A DNA stretch of 64,000 bases, from NCBI GenBank assembly GCA_047495785.1, contig JBLDXI010000033.1, positions 868,001-932,000 on the forward strand, given 5' to 3'. A model generated the notes under the pieces. It was not told where the DNA came from and searched no databases. It saw only the letters and a list, made by a program, of their open reading frames with translations. Below, piece by piece: positions 22,057-34,121 of this stretch. This DNA comes from Lepidodermella squamata (taxonomy: Eukaryota > Animalia > Gastrotricha). Both the position numbers and the translations under genes were made by a program. The stretch's first letter is position 1, and each line of letters starts with the position of its first letter.

Positions 22057-23798
22057 AGCTTGTGAAATTTCAGAGAAGGCGATTATTTTCCTCGGAAAAT
22101 ATTGAGACAGATTTGCTGTTATTAACTCTCCGAAAGAAGACACTTTCATGAGATAATAAATTCTCACGTTTTTTTATTATCGCGCATCTTTTTTACGATA
22201 TAATTAACCACGTCGGACGTCAGCCGCAATTTAGTCGCAAAATTTGTTACTTGGCAAAACTGAATAATTATGGCGATTAGCTAATTTACTTCTGATTAGC
22301 TAATCGCTGCTGTCTACGCATAAAATTTGAAATTGAATCCCGATCAAGACAGGTTCTTATCACGCAACCCTGCTCAGCCCGCAGACATGCAAAGGGAAAG
22401 CGTCGACTGCGAGAACAAGATGCTAATGAAAGAAAGATAAGGGTTGTGTTACGTAGCTGATGTTCTTCACTGTGCGTGAAAACGTTCATCAGGTGATAAA
22501 TTTACAAACCTCGTGTGTACGTGTTGTAAATTCAGTGGGTTTGGATTATTTGACCGAAAAATTTACGAACCAGCAGTTTCAAGTTAAAAGCCACAAAACA
22601 TATCGGGTTTTTTCGGTATGGACGGATGGAATGTGCCATCTATCTCTTGCTTTTTATTAACAACATCCGCAAAAGGCAGAATGATTTACGAAGTGGGCAA
22701 ATCCACTTTTCCAACGTCTTTACCGCGAAAATATTAATGAATAAGTAGTTAGTGAACAACGAGATTCAATTGTCTTTACACAGATTTAATTTTTAAATGA
22801 CATTGAAGTGAGAATCAGGGATGTAATTTGCGCCTTGAAGCTGAATTAAGAATCCGGACAGAAAGAAGACGCTCGTATTTCGTATACAATCAGTTCGCCA
22901 ACCTCGCGTCACACTCAAATCAATCGGCTTGACAATCAATGTCATATGGCTAAAGGCTAAAATGATGTAGAATATAGTTGAATGGAGATTGACGAGCGCT
23001 GAAATAGCTGGAATCGGCCGTGTTTCCCACAGTTCCCGCAAAATCCAAGACCGATGAAGCTCAAACGACGATGCAGTGAGTTATAGTAACTCAAAGAAGC
23101 TTTTCTAGTGCAAGTTCCTGATTGGAAGGTTTATCTATGATGTTTCGGGCAGCCAATTTATCGGCTCCTTTTTCTTTAGTCATCATCACAATAATTATAG
23201 GCTAGACTGGGAACCAGGCCACTCGATAGTTCTGGTGAAAGCAACTGTATGCTGTATGTGCGCTTTTTTGCAAAATTGCCAATCGCCTTATATGGTCAGT
23301 AAACTAGGTCTAGCTGACTGAGTCAACAAAATAAAAGCTCTTCCGGGTGGAGTGCACTCGAAGCGAAGCGCTAACACCTTCTCTTCGTTCGAAGTTCGTT
23401 CCCGCGCATTTCCCCTTCAAGACTTCCGAAATTGCGCGGTAGAAAACATTATCCCGGATGGGTGGCAATCGCAACATGAACTCTCTTGACTACAAAATAA
23501 TCAGTTGACAGACGTGTGTGAAAGCTGAGGAAGAGTCGCGGTTGAGTGGGCTGGCTTTCATGAAGCGTTTAATCATGAATAGAAGAAGCGAATTGGCTAA
23601 CTTATGTTGATATCCTCCATCAGACCCATCTTAAGATTCGAACTCACCTCAGTACTTGCAGAGTATTTAAGTATTGCACAGTCCTACGTTCCCAACGGAA
23701 GCTACACTGCACCACAATTGCCCGAGGATGTTGGGAAGAAAAATAAGTTGATCCTTAGCGCCGAATTTTCCATTCATTATTGCTGATGTTAAGTTAAA

Positions 23799-26105
23799 AT
23801 GAAATCTTCATCGTTGAATTTGATCTCCTATGTTGTAGTTTCAGAGGTGTTAGCATTGCTGTCCCTTGCCGAGGCTAGGAAGGGTGACACACTTGCCGTG
23901 TTAGTCCTTATTCCGAAAACAGGCAACGAGCCACAAAATGGCGATGGATGCCGTTACGGTATACAAGTGGCATTCGACAGCATCAACAGCAATGTCAGTA
24001 TTTTGCCCGGTTATCACCTCGAACCCATTTTTGTTGATGAAGGACCAGCTGGAATGTATTCGCCCCGCCAAGCAACCCAATTTCGACGCGATTTCTCCGG
24101 AGCTCATCAATCACCGCTCGTAATCGGACCTTTATTTGGAACCGGGGGAGTAGGTTTGGCTGGAATGATTCATCATCTCGACATGGTGCATCTAGCAACA
24201 GGCGTCAACTTGCCCCAGATTACTGCTAATCGGCGTTTATACCCTAATATTTATCGGACTCGAATAACTGGAGAATTGGTTGGATTTGCTCAAATGCGAT
24301 TCATGCGCGACATTGGAAGATGGAACAGGTTTGGAATCATAACCAACGTGGTGAATACGTTTGACACAGCTATGGCGATGTTTCTCTACAAATCCGCGGG
24401 TGAAAATGGATTTGAAGTGCCGTACTTCGGTATAGTGACTGATGTCACTGAAGAAGCAGTAAAAACGGTAAAAGTATCCGATACTCGAATTGTTGTCGTT
24501 GCCACAGGAACGCCGATGTTCGCTACCAAGTTCCTGTGCATGGCGTACTTCGCAGGATTGAGTGGTCCCCGATATGCCTTCGTCATACACGCTGGTTCGT
24601 ACTCCGAGCCGAAAAGTTTACCACCAACAATCGCAATAGCCTCCGGTTGTACCAGAGAGATGCTTCTGGAACAATTCAAAATCACAATATGGATCGCATG
24701 GGCTAACGGACCAGCAAATGAGTTCTCAGACCCGAAATTCCTGACCACGGGTGGGATGAATTTACCCGATTTCGAGAGGCGATACCAAGACGTAACAGAT
24801 AATACCCCGCCGCTTGATTTTATTCGTCGATTTCAGTGCTACGATCCTGGCCTTGCGACTGCTCTAGCTCTGGACGCAGCTGAGCAAAAACTGCGAGGGC
24901 GAAACGTTTCTCTTCGAGATTTCCAAAATAGACCAAGGGAAGTAATGCTAGCAGTCAACGAATCATTGCTCAAGGTTGATTATGTAGGTCTGAGAATCGG
25001 TAGGTTCAAATACTCTGCACGGGGCGAGCCAGATTTCGATTCGCAAGCTGCAATGCAGTGGACGCCGGAATTAGGCTTGCGAGAGCTCTACGTAATAAAC
25101 GCGATGGAAAACTCGTCAATCTATGAATTCTCTAGCTACACCATGAAGGAGTTTCGGAAGCCCACTTGGTTCACTGCTGATGGATTGCCACCCCGGGGTC
25201 GGCCTGTGACAATCATCAGTAAGCAACGCATCCCAGATGCTCTTTCACTCCCGACTTTAGCCGTTTCAGGGGTCATTGCAACTTGGCACAGCTTTTCTTA
25301 CTATAAAGGCTATCGAAAGCGTCCAAAAGTAGACGCGCAATTTTGGAAAAGGTCTGCGCTTTTACTCGGATGTCTTTTGCTAGACATCTCAGCTGCTCTT
25401 TTCGCTTTTTCCTATCCAGATGGTACCATCGTGTTGTGCATACTACAGCGAGTCGCCCCTACGGTGGGCTTAGCCACAATAATCGCTTGCATTCTCGTTC
25501 GACTCGAGAAACGGCGCCGTCAGGTTGACGTGATGCGAAGCGCTAACCAGTCGAACAACGGTCAACGTATAACGAAAGGTTCGAGGGGTTCAAGAGTTAG
25601 CGTACCATCACATTCGCTAAGTGTTAGATCGAAGCCCAGTGTAACCTCACCCGAAGAAAGTGTACGACATAAAAAATTATCAAAAGCAACGATTGCAGCC
25701 TTGACTTTCCTAGGAGTCTCAATCGCTTGCTACCTGGTTGCATGGAATGTCGCGGAGACGCCTGTATACACAAGCAAAGTTATATCTGAGGAATACGCGA
25801 TAGAATCGGATATATATTCTGTTATCGAAGCTGGTCGCTGTCGGTCAAATAACGAAACTGCATGGATTTTTACCATTATCGCTCTTTTCATATTAATGCT
25901 TCTATGGGGGGCATTCGCTGCTTACGTCACTCGACGGCAACGCGAAGCAAAATACGAACGTTTGGCTGTGCTGAATAATCTGGTGATGATAATCGCAGCT
26001 GTTTTAATAACGATAATTCTAAACTCACCTATTGCCCAAGCTATTTGCCACTCTGTCGTCTCTATGATAATTGCACTTGGTTCCGGAACACTCTTAATTC
26101 GCTAA
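23799..26105 (+). CDS. Class C GPCR, GABA-B-like, GPCR5
   Basis: Signal peptide + VFT + 7TM; ends GTLLIR*; AATAAA at 26163-26168. Confidence 0.9.
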   Translation: MKSSSLNLISYVVVSEVLALLSLAEARKGDTLAVLVLIPKTGNEPQNGDGCRYGIQVAFDSINSNVSILPGYHLEPIFVDEGPAGMYSPRQATQFRRDFSGAHQSPLVIGPLFGTGGVGLAGMIHHLDMVHLATGVNLPQITANRRLYPNIYRTRITGELVGFAQMRFMRDIGRWNRFGIITNVVNTFDTAMAMFLYKSAGENGFEVPYFGIVTDVTEEAVKTVKVSDTRIVVVATGTPMFATKFLCMAYFAGLSGPRYAFVIHAGSYSEPKSLPPTIAIASGCTREMLLEQFKITIWIAWANGPANEFSDPKFLTTGGMNLPDFERRYQDVTDNTPPLDFIRRFQCYDPGLATALALDAAEQKLRGRNVSLRDFQNRPREVMLAVNESLLKVDYVGLRIGRFKYSARGEPDFDSQAAMQWTPELGLRELYVINAMENSSIYEFSSYTMKEFRKPTWFTADGLPPRGRPVTIISKQRIPDALSLPTLAVSGVIATWHSFSYYKGYRKRPKVDAQFWKRSALLLGCLLLDISAALFAFSYPDGTIVLCILQRVAPTVGLATIIACILVRLEKRRRQVDVMRSANQSNNGQRITKGSRGSRVSVPSHSLSVRSKPSVTSPEESVRHKKLSKATIAALTFLGVSIACYLVAWNVAETPVYTSKVISEEYAIESDIYSVIEAGRCRSNNETAWIFTIIALFILMLLWGAFAAYVTRRQREAKYERLAVLNNLVMIIAAVLITIILNSPIAQAICHSVVSMIIALGSGTLLIR

Positions 26106-26171
26106 AACCGTGAATTTTACTTGCGAAAATTTATTGAAGTCAGTTATTGCACTTAAATATTCAATAAAAAG

Positions 26172-26879
26172 TCACGCTGTTGGAAAGTCGTGTTTGACAA
26201 CCGGGGGTGTGTTGAATTGAGTAATTTTGCGATCAAAATTTTTCCGCCAATATTCGCCGTAATTTGTCGTCGCAAAGTGAGAGTAGCACAACAAGATGCT
26301 GATCAGCAAAAGAATCGTCACGCTAATTCCCATGTAGACCTCAGCGTCGTACAGAACTCGATAGAACCTACTAGCTTCATTCTCGCTAATGTACAGTGAC
26401 TCACTTCTCGGGTCAAGGATAGCGCGTCGCAGTATGGCGAGCTGCGAAACAGCGATTATCCCGAAAAGAGCCGTCGATATGAAAATGACAGTCGTTGCGA
26501 AGAAGCAGCAGTCGACAAAGCTGAATTTAGGCCGGTACCAGTCTCTGATCGGTTTAATTTTCCGTTGCACCTGTATTTGGTAGTTCTGATTGCAGAGCTC
26601 ACACAGCGGGAGTCCGCGCTCGTCGAATTTCGCGTTCGGTGCTGATATGACCATTTCAAGGCACTTCTTATGAGCGTAACCGATAGAACCGCGGCAGGAA
26701 CAAAAGTTTGAGTAAAGAGCATTGTTGTCGCCATCGCCGTGGCCCATGTGGCAAATACGGCACTCGTGATCATTCGATGCCATGTTTGCACTACTGATTA
26801 TGCTAATGCCCTGTGGCGTTGTGTTAGCTTCGGCTCGAGAAGCCGATGGTGATGGTCTTTCATTTATAGCTGATGACAT
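26172..26879 (-). CDS. MARCH-like RING-CH membrane E3 ligase
   Basis: ECRIC..FCSCRGSIGYAHKKCL..CELC, 2 TM, FNTPPVV; first ATG 26879. Confidence 0.85.
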   Translation of the reverse strand: MSSAINERPSPSASRAEANTTPQGISIISSANMASNDHECRICHMGHGDGDNNALYSNFCSCRGSIGYAHKKCLEMVISAPNAKFDERGLPLCELCNQNYQIQVQRKIKPIRDWYRPKFSFVDCCFFATTVIFISTALFGIIAVSQLAILRRAILDPRSESLYISENEASRFYRVLYDAEVYMGISVTILLLISILLCYSHFATTNYGEYWRKNFDRKITQFNTPPVVKHDFPTA

Positions 26880-27273
26880 TATCACGCTAAAGCAAATTGA
26901 CCTGTCGCAATTTCAGCCATGCTGCTGGAAACTATATCGCAATATGTATATGTGTGCGTGTGAAAAAAGCAGATACAAACTTGGTAGTTTTTTTCTGCGC
27001 AGGCGGTCGATGCAGCAATGGACATTGATCGTTATATAATCGATTGCTTTTCCACCGAGAATTGTGCAATTAATATTGTATTAGCACTAACAAAGCCCCA
27101 GAAATCGTTTTTTGTCCTTTATATAAATCAGAGAGGTTTCTACCGATTTGCTAGCCTTTATTTTCTTTTGGAGAAACTAATATGAAATTATGCTCCTGAT
27201 CGCTCCGAAATTAGTCTCAACAATTGTTGGCAGTGGATCATTTTATTACATCTTTCTGTGATTGCGAGAATGA

Positions 27274-29351
27274 TCACACGAAAATGTTAGCTATCTTGCG
27301 CAAAATCCTGACAATTCTTGCTCGAACTTCAGAATGAACCCGAGAGTGGCACATTTTGGCCGCGGCAAGAGCACAAAGAATTTCTGACCTATCCCTCTTG
27401 GAGGATACCTCTAGCAAGAATTCAACGATCTCGACATTGCCAAAAAATGCTGAAATCACCAGCGGCGTGTCTCCTCGTTTATTTTTTACCCCTACGTTGG
27501 CCCCAAAGGTTTGAATAAGTAGCCGCACAATTTCGAGATGCCCGTTCTGAGCTGCGACGAAAAGTGGACGAGCGCCATCTTTCTGCTTTGTTTCAATATC
27601 TGCTTCGAACTCTCCAGCCAAAGCCCTGACTGCCTCTATGTGTCCCGTCTCAGCTGCAATGTAAAGCGGAGATACCCCGTTGATATTAACCAACTCAACG
27701 TTAGCTTTAAATCGTCCGGCTAGCAGGCGAATGACTTCAACCTGCCCCTCCTGCGCTGCTATGTACAATGGAGTGGCATTCTTACAGTTGGTTGCGTTGA
27801 CGTCGGCCCCGAATCTGTCAACTAATAGCTCACAAACTATCACGTGTCCATTCTGCGCTGCGATGTGAAGTGGAGTCCAGCCATCTTTCTCCTTAACTTG
27901 AACATCGACGCAAAACTTTTCGGCGAGAAGTTCGACCAGCCAAGATTTCCCGGATTCTGCAGCAAGGTGAATAGGTGTTGACCCATTATTTCTGGCAACC
28001 CTGGGATCAGCTCCGTGCTCAAGCAGCAACCTTGTGATCTCATCATGGTTGCAGATAATCGCTAGAGTTAAGGGTGTATCGCCATCTGAATCGTTTGCTT
28101 TTGTGGTCGAATCGATTTCTCCAAGGCTCAGCAATTCTTTGAGTCGATGAAGCCTGCCGTGCCTTACTGCATCAATCAATTCAGCGGATTTTCCCACTGA
28201 AATTGGGTCACTTGATTTAAATTGGCATTCTTTGAGGAAGGAATCTTCGATTAGTTGCGCAACTGTAGGCCTTTCGCTTGGCTGCTTTCGCAGGAGAGTT
28301 ATGAAGTAATTGTAACAATTTCGGCTATAGCAAGACTTTCGGCAGCGAGTGTCTGGCTCTTTGCTGTTTAAATTCGATGATTTTGAATTTGTAGCTTGAT
28401 TCATCGTTTAACTTACTTGACAATCTCGAAAATCACAGCCGCGCCTCGACCCGAAAACTGATATGAGAAATGGTGTATTTTTGCATTCGAGAAGTTTAAT
28501 GGCTTACGGGTAGTTTTCGGTGCATTACTTCGAAAAACGTAACACCTATCGACCAGACATCACAGGCCTTTGTAAAAGGCTGCCCAGTGCAGACTTCGGG
28601 TGATGCATAGGCAAAAGTTGCAACGTTCGTAGGGCATTGATCTTCTGCTGCCCTGAAATATCATCATGTAACAAGGAAAACAACAATTTGAGGGAAACAC
28701 TTTTTAATGCATCTCGCTAGTCCGAAATCGCTCAGTTTCAAATGACTGTAATCAATGCTAAGGAGGATGTTCTCAGGTTTTATATCTCGATGAACGAAAT
28801 CGTTTTCATGGATGTATGCCACTGCCGAAAGAAGTTGCCTCGCCCAAGAAATGACCTGTCCCTCAGGAAACGAATTTGTTTTGCTGTTGTAAATCAAATG
28901 CTTCAGATCGCCGCCGCTGCAGTACTCCATGGCTAGATGATAAATATCTGGACATTCCTTGGTATTATCTAACAGCCTCTCTAATAAAAGCAGTTAAATG
29001 AGATTAATTTGTATTCCTTTGATAAGCTTGCCTTGGAACGCTCCGAAAACTTGAACGATATTTGGATGGCGAAATCGCTCAAGCCTCGAATGCTGAAAAA
29101 TTGAAATGAAAATTGCGTGTGGTTAAGTGATATGCTATTTTTACCTCCTTCACGCACATTTCGACAATCTTTTTAGCTAATTGGGTGCCACCGCAAGGTT
29201 CAGCTGACAAGCTGGTTGAAATGAGCGATAAATTGACCTCTTTAACCACAAACAGCGAAAAATCTCCCCTCCGCTGGCACAGGTGAACTGTAGAAAATCC
29301 TCCCCGGCCAAGGCAGCGAATCTTGTTGAAATCTCTGCTCGACTTGATCAT
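27274..29351 (-). CDS. NEK-like Ser/Thr kinase fused to C-terminal ankyrin repeats (6 exons)
   Basis: Manually spliced in frame: LGRGGFSTV, VVKE, RHPNIV, MEYCSGGDL, HRDIKPEN, SDFG, YASPE, DVWSIG, ERPT, then about 7-8 ankyrin repeats (TPLHIAAQNGH). Introns include 29144-29093 and the GC-AG intron 29031-28981, plus three more of about 50 bp. Confidence 0.88.
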
Positions 29352-29869
29352 TGAGCAACTTTTAATAAAGCCTCCGATGTTAGCATATTACTATTTTTGC
29401 CCTAAGAGCCCTAAAATCTAGGTTCAGGCTTATATTTCCGATCGTCTATTATTTAGAACTCAACAACATCCGGTATACAACTCGAGCGCTTTCTTTTCTT
29501 AGATTAAATCAAGTTCAAGACGATTTTATTTGGTCTATTCACAAAAATAGGTCGGTAATGAGATTTTTAATCACATCCGCTTAGCTTTGAAATCTCGAAA
29601 ATGCTAAAAGGTTGTGACTATCGAGGTTTAACAAATTATTAGACGAGGCATGTTAATCTTATTATCTGTTTTAAATGAATTGGAACAGGTTCCGCTCGAA
29701 GTCTCCCTCGATTTTCGATAACGAAAGGTACACAAACTACAGACAATTTATCAGAAGTCCTGGGTTAAGGATGTGGGTTGTTTTATTGATCACCGATGCG
29801 TGGATTGAGCACTATATTTATAGGTCCCCGGGTTTTTGTCAGGTACGTTATTCGAAGTCATCCTAAGAA

Positions 29870-30280
29870 ATGTTTCGAGTTTGGACAATTTTCGCTTTTC
29901 TTCATATTTTACTTAGCAGCTGTTGGGGCCAGGCTGCCGATGATTTGTTGGCGCCAGAGTCGATTGATTTTGACCTTTCCGATTCAGTCACTGAGAATGA
30001 ACTAATCAAAGCAGAACGAGAACTTCGCAAGGCCTCAAAACGTCTTCTGATCGACGACACGCAGGATTTTCTGAGCATTGTCTGCCCGGACGAATCTAAG
30101 CATTCAGATTGCTTGATCCGGTTCAAGCTGATAACAAGGTTCTTGACCCTGACGAATATAGTCATAGAGCATTCTTACCGACGTCGGCGTTTAATTTTTC
30201 ACTGCAACCGCCTCCTCAAACAAGTTTTTGAACAACACATAACAGTCGACAGATTCATACTTTCATGTGCCAACATTTAA
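29870..30280 (+). CDS. Secreted 4-Cys helical protein, family A (A1), unknown function
   Basis: Signal peptide, acidic pro-segment, C-x8-C-x30-C-x20-C core with YRRRR; three paralogs in the window. Confidence 0.8.
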   Translation: MFRVWTIFAFLHILLSSCWGQAADDLLAPESIDFDLSDSVTENELIKAERELRKASKRLLIDDTQDFLSIVCPDESKHSDCLIRFKLITRFLTLTNIVIEHSYRRRRLIFHCNRLLKQVFEQHITVDRFILSCANI

Positions 30281-30380
30281 TTTCAACTGTTAGTTCAACT
30301 AACATTTAACTAGATTTTGCTAATAACTAATAGTTTTACTAAATTGTATCGAAAGTCTAACGACACTCGAATAAAGATAT

Positions 30381-30867
30381 TCAAGAGTCTATTTTGCCGT
30401 CCATGATATTTTTTGCGATCATTTTCGCCCAGACGTAGAAGGGTCCATTTTGGCTGCAAATCGCCATAGATCTGAACCTCTCCATGCACGCCTCGCGACG
30501 TTTAGCCGTTTCGAGTTCATCCTGCCGTTGTTTGTCCATAATAGCCTGGGCTAGCATTGATTCGTAATAGACAACAAGCGCTTTGCAGGCCTCCGGCATG
30601 CCCATTTGCATTTCAATGCGCTGCAATCTGCACCTCTCGATGTAAGCTTTGAATTCGTTGTGCTTGATGGCTATTACGAAAAACATTGTAATATTCGGAG
30701 GGTTTTGCTGATACAGTGTTAGATTTACCTTTCAGATTGGTAGATTGATTTGGCAAACCAAGTTTTGTAGCCTCGAAATCGCTCGAAATTCCATCGGCAG
30801 ACGATGCAGCGACAATTAACAAGGCACATAACTTCCCTAGGGCAATGGCGAGCTTATTGGAAATCAT
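30381..30867 (-). CDS. Secreted 4-Cys protein, family B (B1), 2 exons, unknown function
   Basis: Signal-peptide exon 30867-30729, phase-1 GT-AG intron 30728-30671, exon 2 ends CMERFRSMAIC..FYVWAKMIAKNIMDG. Confidence 0.8.
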
Positions 30868-31071
30868 TTTTTTATTTTAAATTCGCCGTATTGTTCCTAC
30901 AGGCCGGTATTGTGTCCGTTAAAGGGTCAAAACCCCGCGTTTATGAGTGGAAAACACCTCTCAGCAGCCTGCGCATGACCTAAAGCGCTAATCGTGCGTA
31001 AAGTCCCGATTTTGGTTGAGCGGTTTTGCGATGACTCATCATATTTATTTTATTGAAAAATTACTTAATTA

Positions 31072-31815
31072 TCACAATGCACTGGTGTTCAATCGCCGTT
31101 GCTGAATCATCACAACCGGTGGCATATTGAAGCCAGCTATTCTCGGTTCGTAATTGTCGCGGATGAGGTAGACACTTAAAACCAGGGCACTGAAGAGCAT
31201 CACTCCACCTGAAATGTGGCAGACAAGAAGGGTAAGCGCCCAGACAAGCTGGCGAACATCTTCAGATAATAATCGACTCCTATCATTATTATAGCCAGAT
31301 TTCAGAATTTGAGGCTTCGATATTACTCGAGATGAGTTGCTGGTAACAATAAGGTGGAACAGCAGCGATGGAACATTGTGGCTGGAATTCGTCGAGAAAT
31401 CTAGGTCATCATTGTAATAACCTGGGTTGTCCAGTGACAAATCGGCGTAGTAGATTTCAACCGCACCCCAGACACTGAGCGCAAAGGCGATGAAAGACAT
31501 CAGGATTGCAATGAGGTGGTTCTTCGCATGACGTGGCCATCGCTTAACAGCTTTCGTCCGGCGTTGTAGTCGAAATTCGAAAGGCTGGTGGCATATTTCG
31601 CAAATCATTTGCTTGTAATAGCCGCTGTTGAATCGATTGTGGCCGAATCGAGATAGCACGAATGTTTCTAGGCATTTCAAATGGGCGCATCCGACTGAGC
31701 CTCGGCATGAGCAGAATCCGGAGAATAACGCCTCTGACTCATCGCCATCGCCCCCAGCCATGCTGCAGATTCGGCATTCGTAACTTGAAATTTCTTCAAG
31801 ATTTTCTTCCGACAT
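31072..31815 (-). CDS. MARCH-like RING-CH membrane E3 ligase
   Basis: ECRIC..FCSCRGSVGCAHLKCL..CEIC, 2 TM with a long luminal loop, FNMPPVV. Confidence 0.85.
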   Translation of the reverse strand: MSEENLEEISSYECRICSMAGGDGDESEALFSGFCSCRGSVGCAHLKCLETFVLSRFGHNRFNSGYYKQMICEICHQPFEFRLQRRTKAVKRWPRHAKNHLIAILMSFIAFALSVWGAVEIYYADLSLDNPGYYNDDLDFSTNSSHNVPSLLFHLIVTSNSSRVISKPQILKSGYNNDRSRLLSEDVRQLVWALTLLVCHISGGVMLFSALVLSVYLIRDNYEPRIAGFNMPPVVMIQQRRLNTSAL

Positions 31816-32878
31816 CACGTGTGATAAAGCGAATTAGCTTTTTATGACCATAATAATTTAACATTGGTCACGGTTTTTAGAGGCCTAACTGGTACCTGGG
31901 CTCTTTTTACGTATTCCTAGCGCTCGTCTATCGATCAGTACCGGCTATATGAGAGCGAGACTGGTGAATTAATTATTTATATTGATAACGATTTTTCATC
32001 ACGCCTCGAAGCTGGAACTCGCTTTGACTAATGCACAGCACGGTATGCACCGAGATTATCCTCGCGGCTAGCGGTCATTCATGCGTGACCGATCGGTATA
32101 ATATTATGGCTATTTGAATATTAGCGCAGAGACACGTAAATACCTGCGGGCAAAGTGTTAATTTTTCACGTGCGATCTCAAAATTTATGGGCCAAGAAAT
32201 GTTGAGTGGACCTGTGGAAACTTTTTAGCGATTTAAATACCATTTTAAATGCGAGTTTGTGAATTACGAAAAACCCACCTTAATAATTTTGTGTGCATTG
32301 AGAGCATAAAAGTATTTTCCCTTCGTTATTTTCTAATTTTGTGGTGTCAATTTTTTGTCCAAAATCTGATATGGGCTTGATGGTGTCTCTAAAATGAATA
32401 GCCTCATATGAAGTTTTCAGGAAACATCTAGAAAAAAACCAGTCTAAATAGGATAAACATTGAAACTCACGCTTCAATAATTCCAACCGCTTTTTATCAT
32501 GCCCCGCGCCCGTAGGAAAATTATCTGAGAAAATAAGCAATGAAAAACAAGAGCCAAAGTCCGTGCGTGAATCATCACGATAAACTTCATTTCAAGCGCT
32601 AAGAGGTGAAAATTTATGAACTAGTCCCCGATTCGAAATTGCGTAGAGGAAGATCCGTGACTCTAATTTGTGTCCAAAATGACTCGCCAGTTCGATCCGA
32701 GTGGGCACGAAAATAGCACGCTTCATTGATCAGATTAATTAAGCCTCTGACAACTTCCGTTTATTCTGTTAAAATTGCTATTCTATTTGAGATATTTTGC
32801 GACCTCCTTGTCCAGTCTGGAAATTCGCGTTTGCAAATATAACAACATTAGGCATTCAAAAATTTAAAAATTATAAGT

Positions 32879-33367
32879 CTATGAGTTTGTTAAATCAGTT
32901 CGCCGCCCATGCATGATATCTTTAGCGAGAATTTTAGCCCAAAGGTAAAACGACGTCTGGCTTCCTTCGCCGGCATCGTCGCAGAAAGTTCGCGATTTCA
33001 GCAGTGACATGCATTGGTCGTAACGTTGCCGATATTTAACAGCCTGAAGTAGCGCTAGAAGTTTAGATAATCGAGTTTCGCTGTCTTCGACGCATTTTGG
33101 CGTAGTGCAGGCTGATCGATGCTGCAGCGCCTGTTTTATCGTCCGCTCGACGTTTTCCAAAAATTTCTCGCTATACATGGTCTCTAAAATAGCGATTGAA
33201 GATAAATAAATTTGATTTCATCAGATTTTCTTACGTTTCATGACGCTGATATCGGGCGTATCGGCTGACTTGTTGGCCAACTTGCTGCTTGCAATACTTT
33301 CGACGCGAATGCAATCGGCTTGAAATGCGAACAACGCAAGAATTGGCAGAACAACAATAACTGCCAT
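32879..33367 (-). CDS. Secreted 4-Cys protein, family B (B2), 2 exons
   Basis: Exon 1 (not in ORF track) MAVIVVLPILALFAFQADC..., phase-1 intron 33234-33184, exon 2 ends CMSLLKSRTFC..FYLWAKILAKDIMHG. Confidence 0.8.
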
Positions 33368-34121
33368 TTTTATTTATAGAAATAAAATTGCTATATTAAT
33401 GGCGCGTCAATAAATTGTTATTCGGACTGCGCGCACCAACGCGAATGCGGGGTGGAATAATAAAGGAAATTCTGTCAAGATGAGAGATTTTTACGATAAT
33501 TTATGCAGTGATTGCTAAAAATGAGTATGAAGTTACTGGCAAGCCGAACTATTGATCAAAGGCCATTACTTTCAATTGGGCCCTAGATAATTTTTCATCT
33601 CTAAAAATGAAGGCTGGAATTTCATCCTAAAAAAATTATTTCTAGCTAGTTTTTTCTCTAACAAATTGATCACCAAATGACGTGGATTACCTGTATAAAA
33701 ATAGAACGCGTGCTGTAAAATGAAGGTTTCACCGGAAGCCGGTGAAAGAACAAATAGTGCGGAAATTTCGAAAATTATTACTACACAATTTTAGCGTACT
33801 CTGCGCGAATCAATTATAGTCCACTACGGGCCTCTTTCGGTGAGTAGGAGTGCGAAAGCCACGCAGAAAAATGGCTCACGTGGTGAAAAAAATAGGCATA
33901 ATAAAACATAGCTTGGCGCATTGCAAGTGAATCAACCACAACAACATCGAGCGTTTTTTCCAATTTTTTGTACCAGAGAGATCGATTTTACGATCCCCGC
34001 TAATTTGTCTAATTTGGTCAGTGTTTTTCTGCATCACGTAATCTAGGTTATTATTTGCATGAGTCGCAACATCATAGAAATCTGAGATGGTTATTTTATT
34101 CATAATAATATTTTCATTAAA

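Noticed and set aside
22286-23786. Short ORFs between GPCR4 and GPCR5
   Set aside because: No homology to anything recognisable; likely a divergent promoter region.
1190-32175. CACGTG E-boxes near several MARCH starts
   Set aside because: The hexamer is expected many times by chance in 64 kb and its position is inconsistent.
33727-33747. Palindrome TTTCACCGG-AAG-CCGGTGAAA
   Set aside because: Isolated 9-bp stem with no context; compatible with chance.
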